Part shown: positions 49,865-62,780 of the stretch, piece after piece
Layout of the letters: every line of letters starts with the position of its first letter
How positions within the stretch are numbered: position 1 is the stretch's first letter
Source: Octopus sinensis
Lineage: Eukaryota
Reading direction: 5' to 3'
Assembly (NCBI RefSeq): GCF_006345805.1
Contig: NC_043015.1
Location: forward strand, 26,846,001-26,910,000
DNA: 64,000 nucleotides
Made by a program: the position numbers and the translations under genes
The notes under the pieces: generated by a model
What the model was told of the DNA's origin: nothing
Seen by the model: only the letters and a program-made list of their open reading frames with translations
Database searches by the model: none

Positions 49865-51500
49865 TCATGAGTTACGCATGCAGGAATGGGAAAATGTATT
49901 TATTAACAGCAAGTGAGAATTCAAAGCAGAATCAGCCAGTTTTAGCAAAGTATCAGCTATTTTCTGAACTAAAAACTGGTCTTTAGTTGCACAATTTCGT
50001 TTCTTGCTTCCCTTCTGTTCCGTTGGAAGTAAATTATTACCTTCCAGAGAATAATATAAATTTTCTTCCGAGACACCGGTCATAAGCTTTCACATTCGTG
50101 GTAAACAAGTTACAAGTCAAAATTTGACACTAATTTACATTTCGAGGGATGATTAAGACATTACAACGTTCGTTCACTTGACATCCAGGCAGGAACGTGT
50201 CCCTACAGCAGATAGTCATTAAGGTATTCTGCGGGGTTTTTTTAATGCACCTGTCTAAAATTCTTTCGCTGATACCCTTGTATTCAATGTGGACCTGGTC
50301 CGTTCCAATTTTGGTTTTTTTCAACTTAAGTCTCACCAAACACAGATCAATGCTGACGACTGGGACATTCTACCAGTACTCCCTTTTAATATCAGTGTCT
50401 ATGGCTTCTACCATACAGTCGGTTCTTATTTCTTTGTCCTCGGGGATATCCTTCCGACGGATTTTGTCATAGAGTGTCTTAGCTACAACATCATGTTTCA
50501 TTGGTAGTTAATACTATGATGACATTTACCGACAACTGCTTATGATGTGGGGGATATCTTCGGTGTTAACTCCCCAAAGTCTGCATGAGTTGTCACATTT
50601 TACAGCTTTTTCTGCATCTCTATCGCTTTTGAGCATCAGGTATTTGATTGATATTTCCTGTTCCTGGATTGCAAACACGTACACTTCAAAGTGGGAGGTA
50701 GTAATCCGGCTATTGGTCCATGATAGACTGCTTTGATGATCAATGTTACTAGCATCTCGGAGCTTTCTACTGACATATCCATTCATGGTCTTCTGCCCAC
50801 AGTCTTCTGCTCATCCTTTCATCTGATAATACGTTGCGGTTGAGTCGTGCGCTTTCTTTGGGCATGTATTTAACGTTATCAGAAAGGAATGTTGCTCAAG
50901 GACCTGCCTTCCAGGTTTTATGATGTGATCAGCACTCATGTATGCAAACATGATGCATTTCGAGACTTGGTGGTTAAAATATGTTGCCGATAGGATATGA
51001 TGCGACATTCAAAGGCATTTTGGATCGAAGTTAAGCTTCTTCCGCCTTGTTTTCGTTTTAGGTAATGGCGGTCAAGCTTCCAGTCAAGCAGCCAAAATAC
51101 TGGTATGAGTACTGGCACTGGAAACACATTGGAGACCACTGTTTTATTGAATGCAGAGAGTTCTTCTGTTGTAATATTCTCTAGTGGCACGTGTTTTGTT
51201 ACAGGTGCAATTGTAAGATATGTTTTCATTCGCCCCCTAGATACCCGTGACATTCCTAGTGGGATAATGAATTAATTCTGGATGCAGATCGTCCCAATCG
51301 ATTCATATAGCAAGCAGCGGGATTTTGTTTCGCTTTGTCGTAACAGTTAAATAGATCATTATTTAATTCATAACTCCACGAGTAATCAGTTTTGTAATTA
51401 CGGTTTCTTCTATAACTACAGCTAGAAAGAATTTGTTTACCTGTTGTTTTCGTTCTGTTCCTCGGTTGTACTGTTGTTGATGTTATGTCGAGCCATATTG
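49865..51500 (-). mobile_element. Degraded, rearranged R4/Dong-like LINE
   Basis: Peptides NNLLPTEQKGSK..TKDQFLVQK (RT), LDRHYLKRKQGGRSL (thumb), AIQEQEISIKY..CDNSCRL..EDIPHIISSC (zinc finger). Confidence 0.7.
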
Positions 51501-51702
51501 TATGCAGTAATTCTCTGCATGCTAAATTCAAGTTTCACTCGAATATCACTAAGATCGTAAATAAAAGACTCCCTAGATTAATTCATTTGAAGTTTAACCT
51601 GTTATTTAACAAGGCTTCAGAGTTGGAGATCGTATTCATCGTATACTCGATAAATAGTATCTCACGCCAAATAGGCGACTTGTTTCGAGTTCGTAATGTT
51701 TG

Positions 51703-51736
<34 letters not shown>

Positions 51737-51770
51737 TGTATGTATGTATGTATGTATGTATGTGTGTGTG

Positions 51771-52025
51771 TCAGGTCACTTTCGAGTGCTACTGGTAACA
51801 TGTAACCCAGTACAACCTGTTGCATGGTCGGGTCGTCGGCGACAAAACCGGCAACCCCACCAAGCTTGCTTGGTGTGGAGGGTGTTTATTGGACACCCTG
51901 CGGGATGAAAAACAAAATTCGTCAAAAGGCGGAGGGACTCTTGAGAGTCAACGGCCATCAAATAAATGTCTTAAGGCTGTATCATGCGCGGGGACATAGA
52001 AATAATCGGACTGAATACTCGGTCG
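51771..52025 (+). mobile_element. Unclassified structured GC-richer insertion in a (TATG)n tract (LINE 5'UTR- or SINE-like)
   Basis: Several hairpins (gggtgt..acaccc, ccaag..cttgg, actgg..ccagt) between microsatellites. Confidence 0.4.
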
Positions 52026-52932
52026 CATGCATGTATGTATGCATGTATATATGTTTCTATGTATGTATGTATGTATGTATGTATGTATGTGTATCGCCTT
52101 TATTGTTCAGAAATGTTAAATATATCATGTTATAATTTTATATTTATATTTCCTAACATCATATACCTATATGTATATACGTGCATGTGATTATGAATAT
52201 ATATGTATACATAAATATATATATATATGTATGCATAAACTTATATATATATATTTATATATGTATTATGTATATAAATCTGTATTTATGTGTATATATG
52301 TATGTATATGTATATATATATATATATATTATATATATAATATATATATATATATATGAATATATTTACATGTATATATATATATTTGTATGTATGTAAT
52401 ATATGTATACTTTTATGTATGTATACATATATGCGTGTGGGCTTGAGTGTGCGTCTCTGAGTGTGCATGTGTGTGTGTATAAATTAGATGTGGACAATGA
52501 AATAAAAAAAGGGTTTCAATAACATGAAAGAAAAACGTAGCTTTTTATATTGCAAAAAACTATTGTGGGGATTGAAACACCGATTCTGTTCTCAAAGAAG
52601 GAATTGGAAGTAGAAGGGGAGCAGGAGGTTGACCAAATTATCATTGAATTGGAAGTAATGACATTCATATTCCCTTAACTGTCATAATTCACAATATCTG
52701 ACTGCGAGATTTTGGGAGTTTGACTTAGTGGAATGTAAAGTATTCGAGGAAGCGGAATAGCCACACATTAGACTGATTAGGAATTTCTTACAGACACAAC
52801 TACATATATATATATATATATACATATATATATAACGGGAAGCTTTATGAAAATAAACAAAAGACGAAGGCAGGTGGAAAACAAACGAACAATTGTATTA
52901 GTATGGCGCTCAGGAAATATAAATAAAACAAG

Positions 52933-52970
52933 TCTTTAACGTTTCGAGCCTACGCTCTTCAACAGAAAGA
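52933..52970 (-). ncRNA. Minimal hammerhead-like variant
   Basis: Minus strand: TCTTT-CTGTTGA-a-GAGCgtagGCTC-GAAA-CGTT-AAAGA. 5-bp helix I, 4-bp helix II, helix III possible only as a dimer; core differs at position 6. Confidence 0.4.
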
Positions 52971-53899
52971 TACACAGAGAGAGAAAAACACAGAAAGAAG
53001 GATAGGAAAAAAATGCGTGCAGTAGCTAACGAATCAACATGGCGATCTATATATATATATAGGTAAATAGATAGATAGATAGATAGATATGTAGATATAG
53101 CTATAATGTATGTATCTATAAAAATCAAGAAATCTATCAATTTATCGATTTTCCTTTCTCTCTTTTCCTCTCACTCTTTCTCTCTTTATATATGAGTGTA
53201 TGCAGTACCGTCTCCACGCATGAGCACACTTGGTAGCTGCCCATGGACCTCACAGGTCTCATGGTCCAATTCTGACTTATGTATACTGTACTTTGCTGCT
53301 AATAAATATATATTTAGGGGCCATTGTATTAATTTGCCTAGAGAACTTTTATGCTACTTCGACGACCCTATGTGTGTATGTGTGTGTATGTGTGTGTGTA
53401 AAAGTGTAATACAAGATATGGATTCAGAGAATCATGAGGCTATTACAATAATCCCCTCCTACGGACTCCACTTAGCAATTAAATGTAAAATGGTGTAATG
53501 TAAATCGTCCTTGTAAAGGAAAATCTAGAAAATCCTATTATTCATTGAATAGTATACGAAACATAACATCGAATGGTATGTATAGGTGAATATGTATTTA
53601 TTTAACTACGAGACTTCCATTGGATTACAGTTGTTTTGTAACCTTCTTTTGTTGTATTAATTTCAGTATGCAAAAGATTATATATGCGTTTGCATTAATA
53701 TGTGTGCTCCGTTCTATACAGTACAGTTCTATTCGCCAAATAACGCAAAGCTAGAACAGCAGAACATCATAACTACATTAATAATTCAACTATAAACATA
53801 CACACAAAAATTCACACTTTATATTTACAATATGTGAAAGACCGTAATTTTAGAGTAAACAACAAAGCAGACATATACTGTGATTTTGTTCATTATAGA

Positions 53900-54090
53900 A
53901 ACAATTTCTTCTCATTCTTTCCTGATTATTCTGGCCGTGTCGAGCAGGCAAACGTTTTGTAACAGCTCTATTGGGCACTCTATTTCGATTTCCTTTACAT
54001 TCCTCTTGATACCTTCTCATAATGTTTCCAAGAACCCAACACTAATTGGCACTCTTCACCTTCCTTTTTCTGCAGTCAAGCTATCGTGTA
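53900..54090 (-). mobile_element. R4/Dong endonuclease C-terminal remnant
   Basis: VPISVGFLETL*EGIKRNVKEIEIECPIELLQNVCLLDTARIIRK. Confidence 0.65.
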
Positions 54091-55078
54091 TTTAAGAAGA
54101 TGATTGTTGTTCTTGTTATTGATGCTGCTGCTGTTGTTCTTTTTTTTTTTACCATTTCATCCGTCTTTTCGTTCTGAGTTAAAAATTCGGCGAGGTCGAT
54201 TTTGACTTTCATCCTCCTCGGAGTCCATATAATCAGGTGACTCCTCCAACCAAAATTTCAGGTTTTGTACTTAGAGTTTTACTATTTTTCCTTCTACAGT
54301 TTCTTTATCGGTGTCTTTTCACAACAAACATCCTTATCTTCCTTTTCACATCACGCTTGCATCCACCAACTTCTCCTGGTTCCCACGGCTTCCGATGGCA
54401 TACAATGCAATTACACCTACAGACCATTCCTTCACACATCCACTGTCCTACCACATTATCCTTACACACACCCCAAACCACCTCCGCCTACACTCTTCCC
54501 CTCCATATGCCTACCTCTACTCACAATTACCATCCTAAACCTACCGACCTACCTTCATCTCGCTTCTCCAACCCCCGTATAACCGCTTTCTCACTTCGGC
54601 CCCAATCTCTTCTCTTGTTTTCCGACCACATTTTCTCATTTTTTTTTCTCTCTTTCATTCTTCCTTCGGTTGAAAGACTAAACTGGAAGAAACTTTCCAT
54701 TTTTAAACAATAAACTAATGCAACATTTGTTAAAACATGTCCGGCCCGTGTTCACTTCTTTCTCTGAACCTTAACTTGCACACGCGCACACACTTATGTG
54801 CGCGTATGTACATGTGCGTGTATATATATATATATCTATATATCTATCTATACCCACACATTCGTATTCATATATGGAAATGGTTACATATTTATATATC
54901 TAGCTCTATACACGTCCAGCTATACATATATGTATATGCATATATGTATGCAAGTATATAACAGTACACACACATATAAATGTTCTGAAACCTTTCACAG
55001 CCTTGGATTTTTTTCTCATTCTATTAATTTCTTTTTATATCTATCTATATATATATATATACTTACATGTATTACATG

Positions 55079-55125
<47 letters not shown>

Positions 55126-55346
55126 GTGTGTCTGTACAACCATATATGTATACAACAACAACAACCTCAACAACTAACTCAGCGGCAACAACAACAACAA
55201 CAATAACTTCAGCAGCACCAACAACAACCTCAGCGGCAACAACAAGAGTATGAACCACTCCTTGATTCATCTACAATGGCCGATTTGCTAAACAGCAGGA
55301 AGCACCACCCCTTCCTTTCACTGCCCCAGCAGCTCAATCATCATCA

Positions 55347-55790
55347 TTGTCAACATCATCTCCTCTGCTTACTACTACTAGTACTACACCCACTATCTAT
55401 CCACTAACATCTTTGTCTACCGCTATATCATGGAATCCACCTCCTCAATCATCATCACTGTCATCATCTCTTCTGCCTACTACTACTACTACTACTACTA
55501 CAACTACTACTACTAATGCTATCTCAAAGAGTCTACCTCCTACAGGTCACAAAGGTCGCCAAAACCTCAACAAACTATCATCTACACCTCTCACAACTCA
55601 CACGCGCACCTACACACCCACTCGAAACCCCATCATTTGCCGATATTTTCTTCGCCATAAATTATGCACTGATAGCGACTGCAAATTCACCCATTTACCT
55701 GGAACAAAACGCTCTATCCCCACAAACTACAAAAGCCACCACCATAATACATACTCTATTACAACACCACCACAACCACCAATAACTTAA
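55347..55790 (+). pseudogene. LINE ORF1 segment, Thr/Pro-rich with a CCCH-type zinc finger
   Basis: CRYFLRHKLCTDSDCKFTH (C-x8-C-x4-C-x3-H) upstream of ORF2; the upstream part is frameshifted. Confidence 0.55.
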
Positions 55791-56169
55791 AGAAGGAATC
55801 CCCAAATCTGCCGCTATTCCCAGCGAGACAGATTGTGTTTGCACAGGGATGGCCCCTTTACCCATCTCCCGGGGACTCGTCGGACAATTGATAATAAAAG
55901 TAAAAATAAACCAAAAAAACCTACGACTCATATAGCAATAACCACTCATATAAAAATAACCACAACCACAGTCACCTACAGTTCCCTAGACAGGAAACTT
56001 CTTCCTCTTTTTTAGCTATAATAAATCTAGCAAAAGAACTGGAAAAAAACATCCGAGCTATCGCCCACCACCATCCACCACTATCACCCCACTGCATATT
56101 CCATTAAAAAGCAATCAAATAAACAAAACACCAAAACAATTAAAACTATCCACTCTCGCCTCAACATTT

Positions 56170-59061
56170 TTGCTTAATGCCCAAGGCATCAGCCCTTCCA
56201 CCAATACTCAAAAATGGAAGATAAAATTCCTGGAGGACTGGGTCGATACCCATCCAAACCACATCCCTTTCTTCGTCCTCACTGAAACCCATCTTAGTAA
56301 CCTCCACTTGGAAGCCGAGGTGAAAGTTAAAAATTTCAAAGCCATTCGTGCTGATCGTGCTGGCAGAAGAAAGGGTGGGACGGCCATTTATGTTCCTGAT
56401 TCTTTCTCAACAGAAGCCATGAACATATTTTCGAATGGATACTGTAAAGCAGTCGCTGTATTCAGTCAAACCAACAACTTAACAGTAGTTGGACTCTACA
56501 GACCACCCCAAACGCCCCTACCATGCTTCAAGGAATGCCTCAATAACATAAAGTGTTTCATTCAGCAGTATCAATCTGACAACATCTTAATGATGGGGGA
56601 CTTCAATCTCCCTGGAGTTGACTGGTCTACAAACAGTCTGCCGCCAGGTTCTTCTGCCTCAAACCCTGACAGGGAGGCAGTGGAATCGCTTCATGATTTT
56701 TTCCTGTCCCAACTGGTGCTCGAACCAACGAGATGTCACAAAAACGTCCTAGACTTAATTTTCAGCAATCACACTGACACAATCCACAATATTGCAGTGG
56801 AGAAAACTCTACTCTGTGATCATGACATGGTTCTCTGTGATCTGAGATTTCACCGGCCAAAATGCAAAACAAACGTCATCCCTCCTGTCCATCCATTTGA
56901 CACTATGGATTTCCACAACGCAAATTGGGAAGCGATCAGTAATGATCTTGCACAAGTCGATTGGTCCTTCACGCACACATACACTAGCATCAAAAACATC
57001 AATAAGTCCTGGCAGTCATTTGTAGACACCATTACGAACATATGTGCAAAACACACCCCATTAAGATCTGCAAACAAATCTAAGTGCAGAATCCCCAGAA
57101 ATAGAAAAACTCTCATCAGAAAAATTAAAAGAATCAACAAGCTGAAATACTGCCGACAGCAACACACCAACCTGACTGCCATCACGTCACTAGAGATTAA
57201 AAAACATAACCTCCAAAACAACATGATGTTTATCATCAATAGTCAGAGAAGAGCTGAGGAGGCCTGGGCCATTGAGAAGATCAAACTTAATCCCAAAGTG
57301 TTCTTCTCATTTGCAAAACAACACAAAGTTACTGGTACTCTTCAAGACAATGCCAAAACCATGGGAGAGATGTTGCAGAAACAATACTGCTCTGTTTTCA
57401 GCAATCCTGATATGGCTGATCTGGGCTGTATCACTGATGTTACTCCCCAATACACTTTATCGGACACAACCTTTGGCGCTCCTGATGTCTTAGCAGCAAT
57501 AAAGGAAATGAAGCATAATTCAGCAGTAGGTCCCGATAGCTTCCCTGCTTGTGTCTTGAAGATATGTCAACAACAACTTGCACCCCCTCTAGCCAATCTG
57601 TGTCGGAACTCACTGGATGCTGGATATATACCAGAAAACCTTCTATCCCAGTCTGTTGTCCCAGTTTTCAAAACAGGAAACAAATCCCTTGCCGTGAATT
57701 ACCGTCCCAATCTCACTCACCTCTCATATCATTAAGGTACTTGAGAGAGTGGTGAGATCGCGTATAACTCACTTCCTTGAGAGTCATAATATGCTGAACT
57801 CCAACCAGCATGGATTCCGTAATGGAAGGGATTGCCTGACACAGCTACTGCATCACTTCGATGACATTTTGAGAGCCTTGGGAGAGGGTTCCAACACTGA
57901 TGTCATCTACCTTGATTTCAGCAAGGCCTTTGACAGGGTTGATCATAAGATCCTTTTGAGAAAGCTGTCCAATATTGGTGTAACTGGAAAGCTGCTGCAG
58001 TGGATCAAGTGCTTCCTGTCCAACAGAACCCAACATGTTGTAGTCGAAGGAATCAAATCCAGCCCAGCCAAAGTCAGTAGTGGTGTCCCACAAGGCACTG
58101 TGTTGGGCCCACTTCTCTTCATCATCTACATTAATGACCTCACTGACATCATCAAACACAGTAACATCAGAATCTTCGCTGATGATTCCAAGCTCCAGAA
58201 GGTCATCAATGGCGTGGATGACCAGATAAACCTTCAGTCAGACCTACTGGCTGTTGTCCAATGGGCGGAAAAGAACAACATGTTGCTAAACGAAGACAAA
58301 TTCGAATTGATCCACTTTGGAAGGGAGGACGCTCTGAAACTCCCATACTCCCTTCCTTCTGGTGAAACTCTCATGGCGTCTAGCAACATCAGAGACTTGG
58401 GAGTAACTGTGGACAACAACATAAGCTGGGCTACACATATAAGCAGCAAAGTTGACATGGCCCGCAGAATGTGTTCCTGGATTCTCAGAACCTTCCACTC
58501 GAGAGATTCCCACACCATTATCCTTCTCTTCTCCACTTTTGCCCGACCCCACCTTGAATACTGCTGTCCACTGTGGTCTCCCTACACGAAACGGAATACT
58601 ATGAAAGTTGAAGCTCCCCAAAGGTCAATCACGAAAAAGATAGATGGCATGTCAGACCTCGACTACTGGGATCGACTGGAAAAGCTGAAACTGTATTCAC
58701 TCCAACGACGCCGTGAACGCTACATTATCCATATGATGTGGAAAATATTCCATCAGCACTGTCCAAATGATGTTGGTATCACCTTCAAAATACATCCAAG
58801 ACTTGAACCCCGACCATCCGTCCACAACAAAAATCTCAATCGCATCTCATAACAACATTGCGGCACAATTATTTCACCTCAATTGGACCCGCCCTCTTCA
58901 ACATTACACCAAGACACGTCAAAACAGAAACTGACCACACAAAATTCAAGAAGATATTGGACAAATTCCTTCAAACAGTCCCGGACAAACCACCCACACC
59001 CGGATATGTCTCCGCAAACAATAACTCTCTGCTCGAATGGACCTTGGTACCCAAATCCTGA
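56170..59061 (+). pseudogene. LINE ORF2 (APE endonuclease and reverse transcriptase), broken by frameshifts near 57720 and 58830
   Basis: ORF track segments 56170-57735, 57749-58852 and 58858-59061 are contiguous parts of one protein. Confidence 0.9.
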
Positions 59062-59150
59062 ATTGAAAGACTTCATCAGGTGGTGCTATTAAGTTAGACA
59101 TGGCCTGGGCCAATACTGGCCAAAACCTTTCTAAGTTATTCTAAGTTATA

Positions 59151-59189
<39 letters not shown>

Positions 59190-60269
59190 CATATATATAT
59201 ATATATATAGTATATATATATACACTAATACACTTCTTTGTTGTTTATACACCTGTTTTCGTTTTCTGTAAATTTCAACTATATATATATGTATATATGT
59301 ATATATAAATGTGCGTGTGTGTATGTGTACTGTTACATACTTGCACACATACATGCATACATATATGCATATACATATATGTATAGCTGGACCTGTATAA
59401 ATATGTAACCATATCTGTATATGAATATGAGTGTGTGGGTATTTGTTTTAGTAAGTGCTGAGTGTATTCTGCTGTTCTCCCCCCCTCTCTCTCTCTCTCT
59501 CCCTCTCTCATTGTCACTCACTCAATGTTTCTGATTGATTGATTGATTCTGTCTGCTTATGTTTCTTCAAAATATCAATACACTCGTCTGTCGGTCACAG
59601 CTAAACATACGTTCCACTGTTTATTATCTTTACTGCTATTTCTCCGATGCTGATGCTTCTTCTAACTCACGCTAAACTCCCCCACCCAGCGCCACACACA
59701 CACACTTATGTTAACATCTTCCTCCCGATCTTACCACTCTCACCACCACCACCACCGACAGTAATAAAATCAACATCAATAACAACAATAACCACAACAT
59801 CATCATTACGCAAGCCGTACAACGTTTCATTCATACCTCGTTGTTTGCCTTTTTACTTCCGGTCTATGGAATTTTATTTATTTTTACTCAAGTTTTTGGC
59901 AGATTTTTGTGTTTTCTATTACGACGGTGAATGTTTCATTGTTTTTTGTTTCGATTCAGAGATGGGTTTTATAGAAATATTATATAGAAATGTACAGTTA
60001 GACACGTATGTATGCATGTATGGATGGATTTATATACTCACACACATACATATATCACATGTATGAGTGTGTATATACACATATATACATATATATACAT
60101 ACACATATATGTTTGTATATATATACATATATGTATGTATATATGTATATATATACATACATATATACATATATGTATGTATACATATATACATATATGT
60201 ATGTATATATGTATAATATATATATATAAGTTTATGTGTATATATATATATGTGTGTATGTGTGTGTAC

Positions 60270-60339
<70 letters not shown>

Positions 60340-60354
60340 CATATACACACATAT

Positions 60355-60396
<42 letters not shown>

Positions 60397-60397
<1 letters not shown>

Positions 60398-60769
60398 TCT
60401 TTTACTCTTTTACTTGTTTCAGTCATTTGACTGCGGCCATGCTGGAGCACCGCCTTTAGTCGAGCAAATCGACCCCGGGACTTATTCTTTGTAAGCCGAG
60501 TACTTATTCTATCGGTCTCTTTTGCCGAACCGCTAAGTGATGTGGACGTAAACACACCAGCATCGGTTGTCAAGCAATGCTAGGGGGACAAACACAGACA
60601 CACAAACACATACACACACATACATATATACGACAGGCTTCTTTCAGTTTCCGTCTACCAAATCCACTCACAAGGCATTGGTCGGCCCGGGGCTATAGCA
60701 GAAGACACTTGCCCAAGATGCCACGCAGTTGGACTGAACCCGGAACCATGTGGTTGGTTAGCAAGCTAC
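60397..60769 (-). mobile_element. tRNA-derived SINE whose head is interrupted by the Tx1 insertion
   Basis: Well-preserved body and tail. The head begins at gtagcttgctaaccaaccacatggttccgggttcag and lacks the first ~20 nt seen at 28370-28390. Confidence 0.92.
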
Positions 60770-62766
60770 TTTATTTCATATGATTTGCCACTAGGACAGT
60801 ACAAAGAGTAGCTGCGGGATGGACAAAAACATTAATGAATGATGGTGATGGACGAAGATGGTGATGGGAGAAGACGAAAGCGCCCGCCGACTTTCGCTTC
60901 TCTAAGACATTGTTCTTTTTTTTCAAAGGTTTTACAAAAATTTCAAATTTTACAAATTTTACCAGAGGCAATAAACCTCTTTTTCAATATAATACAATGC
61001 TCAGTAAGTCTATGTTACCCGGCCGACCAGCGCTCTTGCCTCAACGAGGCAATCATCGCTGGTCAGTTCGTGGTCTAGAGGTATAATTTGAAATGAGTCC
61101 ATCGGGAAGGAACCCGTGATCCCGCCCAGATTACCCCTCCCTATGACCTCCGCAGCCAGCTGCGAAGGCCACTCGGGGTCCTCCGTGCAGGACCGAAGTC
61201 CCTCCCAATGGCCCCGCTTTCTCATTTTACGTATTTCGCCCTCTACTGTTCGTCCTTTAAAAAAGAGGACCACAAATTGTTCCACAAATTGTTCCTCAGG
61301 CGGCTTACCCGCCTGAGAAGACTTGGGAGACGCTGCCTACGTGTTACAATCTGGCGGCGTCCCGTTTCTCTTTTTTCTTTTCTTCTTTTTACCTTGGGCC
61401 ACGGGAGGTTGAGGTTCCGGAGTTGCACACACCAGGTTCTCTTCTTCTCCCGCAGCTTCCGGGTCTTTTGGTAGGTCGCCATTGCTCCCCACTTTTCTCT
61501 TTCTCGTTGAGGAAGTCGTCGCTTCCCTGCTCTGTTTCTCTCCCTCCATTGGGGGGCAGGGAGAAGCTCCGATATCAACTGCTCCAGGAACCTACTTTGG
61601 TCCCTGGGGCAGTTTTTCTTAATATGGCCGGTCTCCAGGCACAGGTGACACTTGGGGGGGGGCGTCCCTCAAGCATCACCGGATAACTGTACCCGGCCAT
61701 CATCAAAAAGTCCGGCAAAACCAGACTTTTGGCTGATTGAGTCCATAGGGTCAAAATAGCTTTTGAACCCTCCCAATCAGCCGCAGGCTGTACTTTCACA
61801 TTTAGGAGCTGGGCGCTGCTACCACCCAGAACCCGGCGGATAGAGTCCTCTATCCACTCGGGTTCAACGCCGGGTGGTAAGCCGCAGATCCAAGCTCTCA
61901 ACAATTTTTGTCCCTTATAATTAGGGAGGAACAGTATTTCCTTGCCCTCAATGGGCTTGCTTGCAAAGTCGCAAGCTGCTTTAGGGGAGTCAAACATCAA
62001 CCAAACCGTTGCGTATTTGACTCCCCGTGCGATGTATTTAACGGCTGGCATATAGTCTGCCAGCTCGTTCACAATAGTGGCCTTTGGAAAGACAGCTATG
62101 GTGTTGAGCGACTTTGAATAAGTCCTCAACACCACGGTCTTGTCCTCTAGCTCCTTCAGGTATCTTTTGGGAGGTGTTAACTCCCATATGGTAAATTCCT
62201 TTGCCATAACAAAAGTTTAAAACAGTTCAAAGTAACAAAATAAAATAGAAAAAAAAGGAGAATAAAAACAGAACAGAAGGGAAGAAACAAAATTCGAAAC
62301 GGCAGTTCAAAAGAGTTTTTTAAAATAAAAATAGCAGAAGAGAGTTCAAAATCCAGGCAAAGCAATTAATTTTTTTTTTCTTTTTTCCCGGCCAAAAAGG
62401 TATTCCAGGCCACTGGTAATCCACTTGTGAAAATAATCCTTGGTACTCCGTTGGTAAATCCGAAGACAAAGGCAATTACACACGTTGATTTTTGAGGTGG
62501 GGCTACGCCTCCTCAAAAAACACAATTCTCACTACAAAGTGAGTCTTTATACTCGACTACAGGCAGGAAAAATGTCCGGAGCAGAGTGAAGTCTATTACC
62601 TGCTAAAAAATATTAAATGCTAGAAAACATTAAATGCAAGGCAATAAACCTCACTAAGCCCCCAAAAATACAAAACGCCTACCTGTAGTCGAGTCAAAAG
62701 TTCAACAATTCACGTTGAAACACGTGACAACTGGAGCAGCAAAAAACCACGTCTGAACACGTCAGA
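60770..62766 (-). mobile_element. L1/Tx1-clade element with ORF1 but no recognisable ORF2 (non-autonomous derivative)
   Basis: ORF1 from ATG 62207. Shares the 3' terminus ggcaaat.atatgaaataaa with the element at 62781+. Flanked by the 14-bp near-duplicate ggttagc(a/g)agctac at 60756-60769 and 62767-62780. Confidence 0.8.
61010..62207 (-). pseudogene. Tx1-like ORF1 (gag-like, CCHC knuckle), frameshifted
   Basis: MAKEFTIWELTPP...LEGRPP, then after a shift in a C-run CHLCLETGHIKKNC (C-x2-C-x4-H-x4-C). Confidence 0.75.
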
Positions 62767-62780
62767 GGTTAGCGAGCTAC

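Larger units (their letters stand above)
55125..59148 (+). mobile_element. Near-full-length CR1/L2-group LINE (ORF1 and ORF2, frameshifted)
   Basis: ORF2 contains APE (LTETHL, YRPP, MGDFN, LDLIF, DHDMV) and RT (NQHGFR, YLDFSKAFDRVDH, GVPQGTVLGPLLF, FADDSK, LEYCCPLWSP). The 3' end has two ttctaagtta repeats at 59129-59148. Confidence 0.92.

Noticed and set aside
56850-58621. Minus-strand ORFs over the CR1-like ORF2
   Set aside because: They are antisense shadows of the coding frame.
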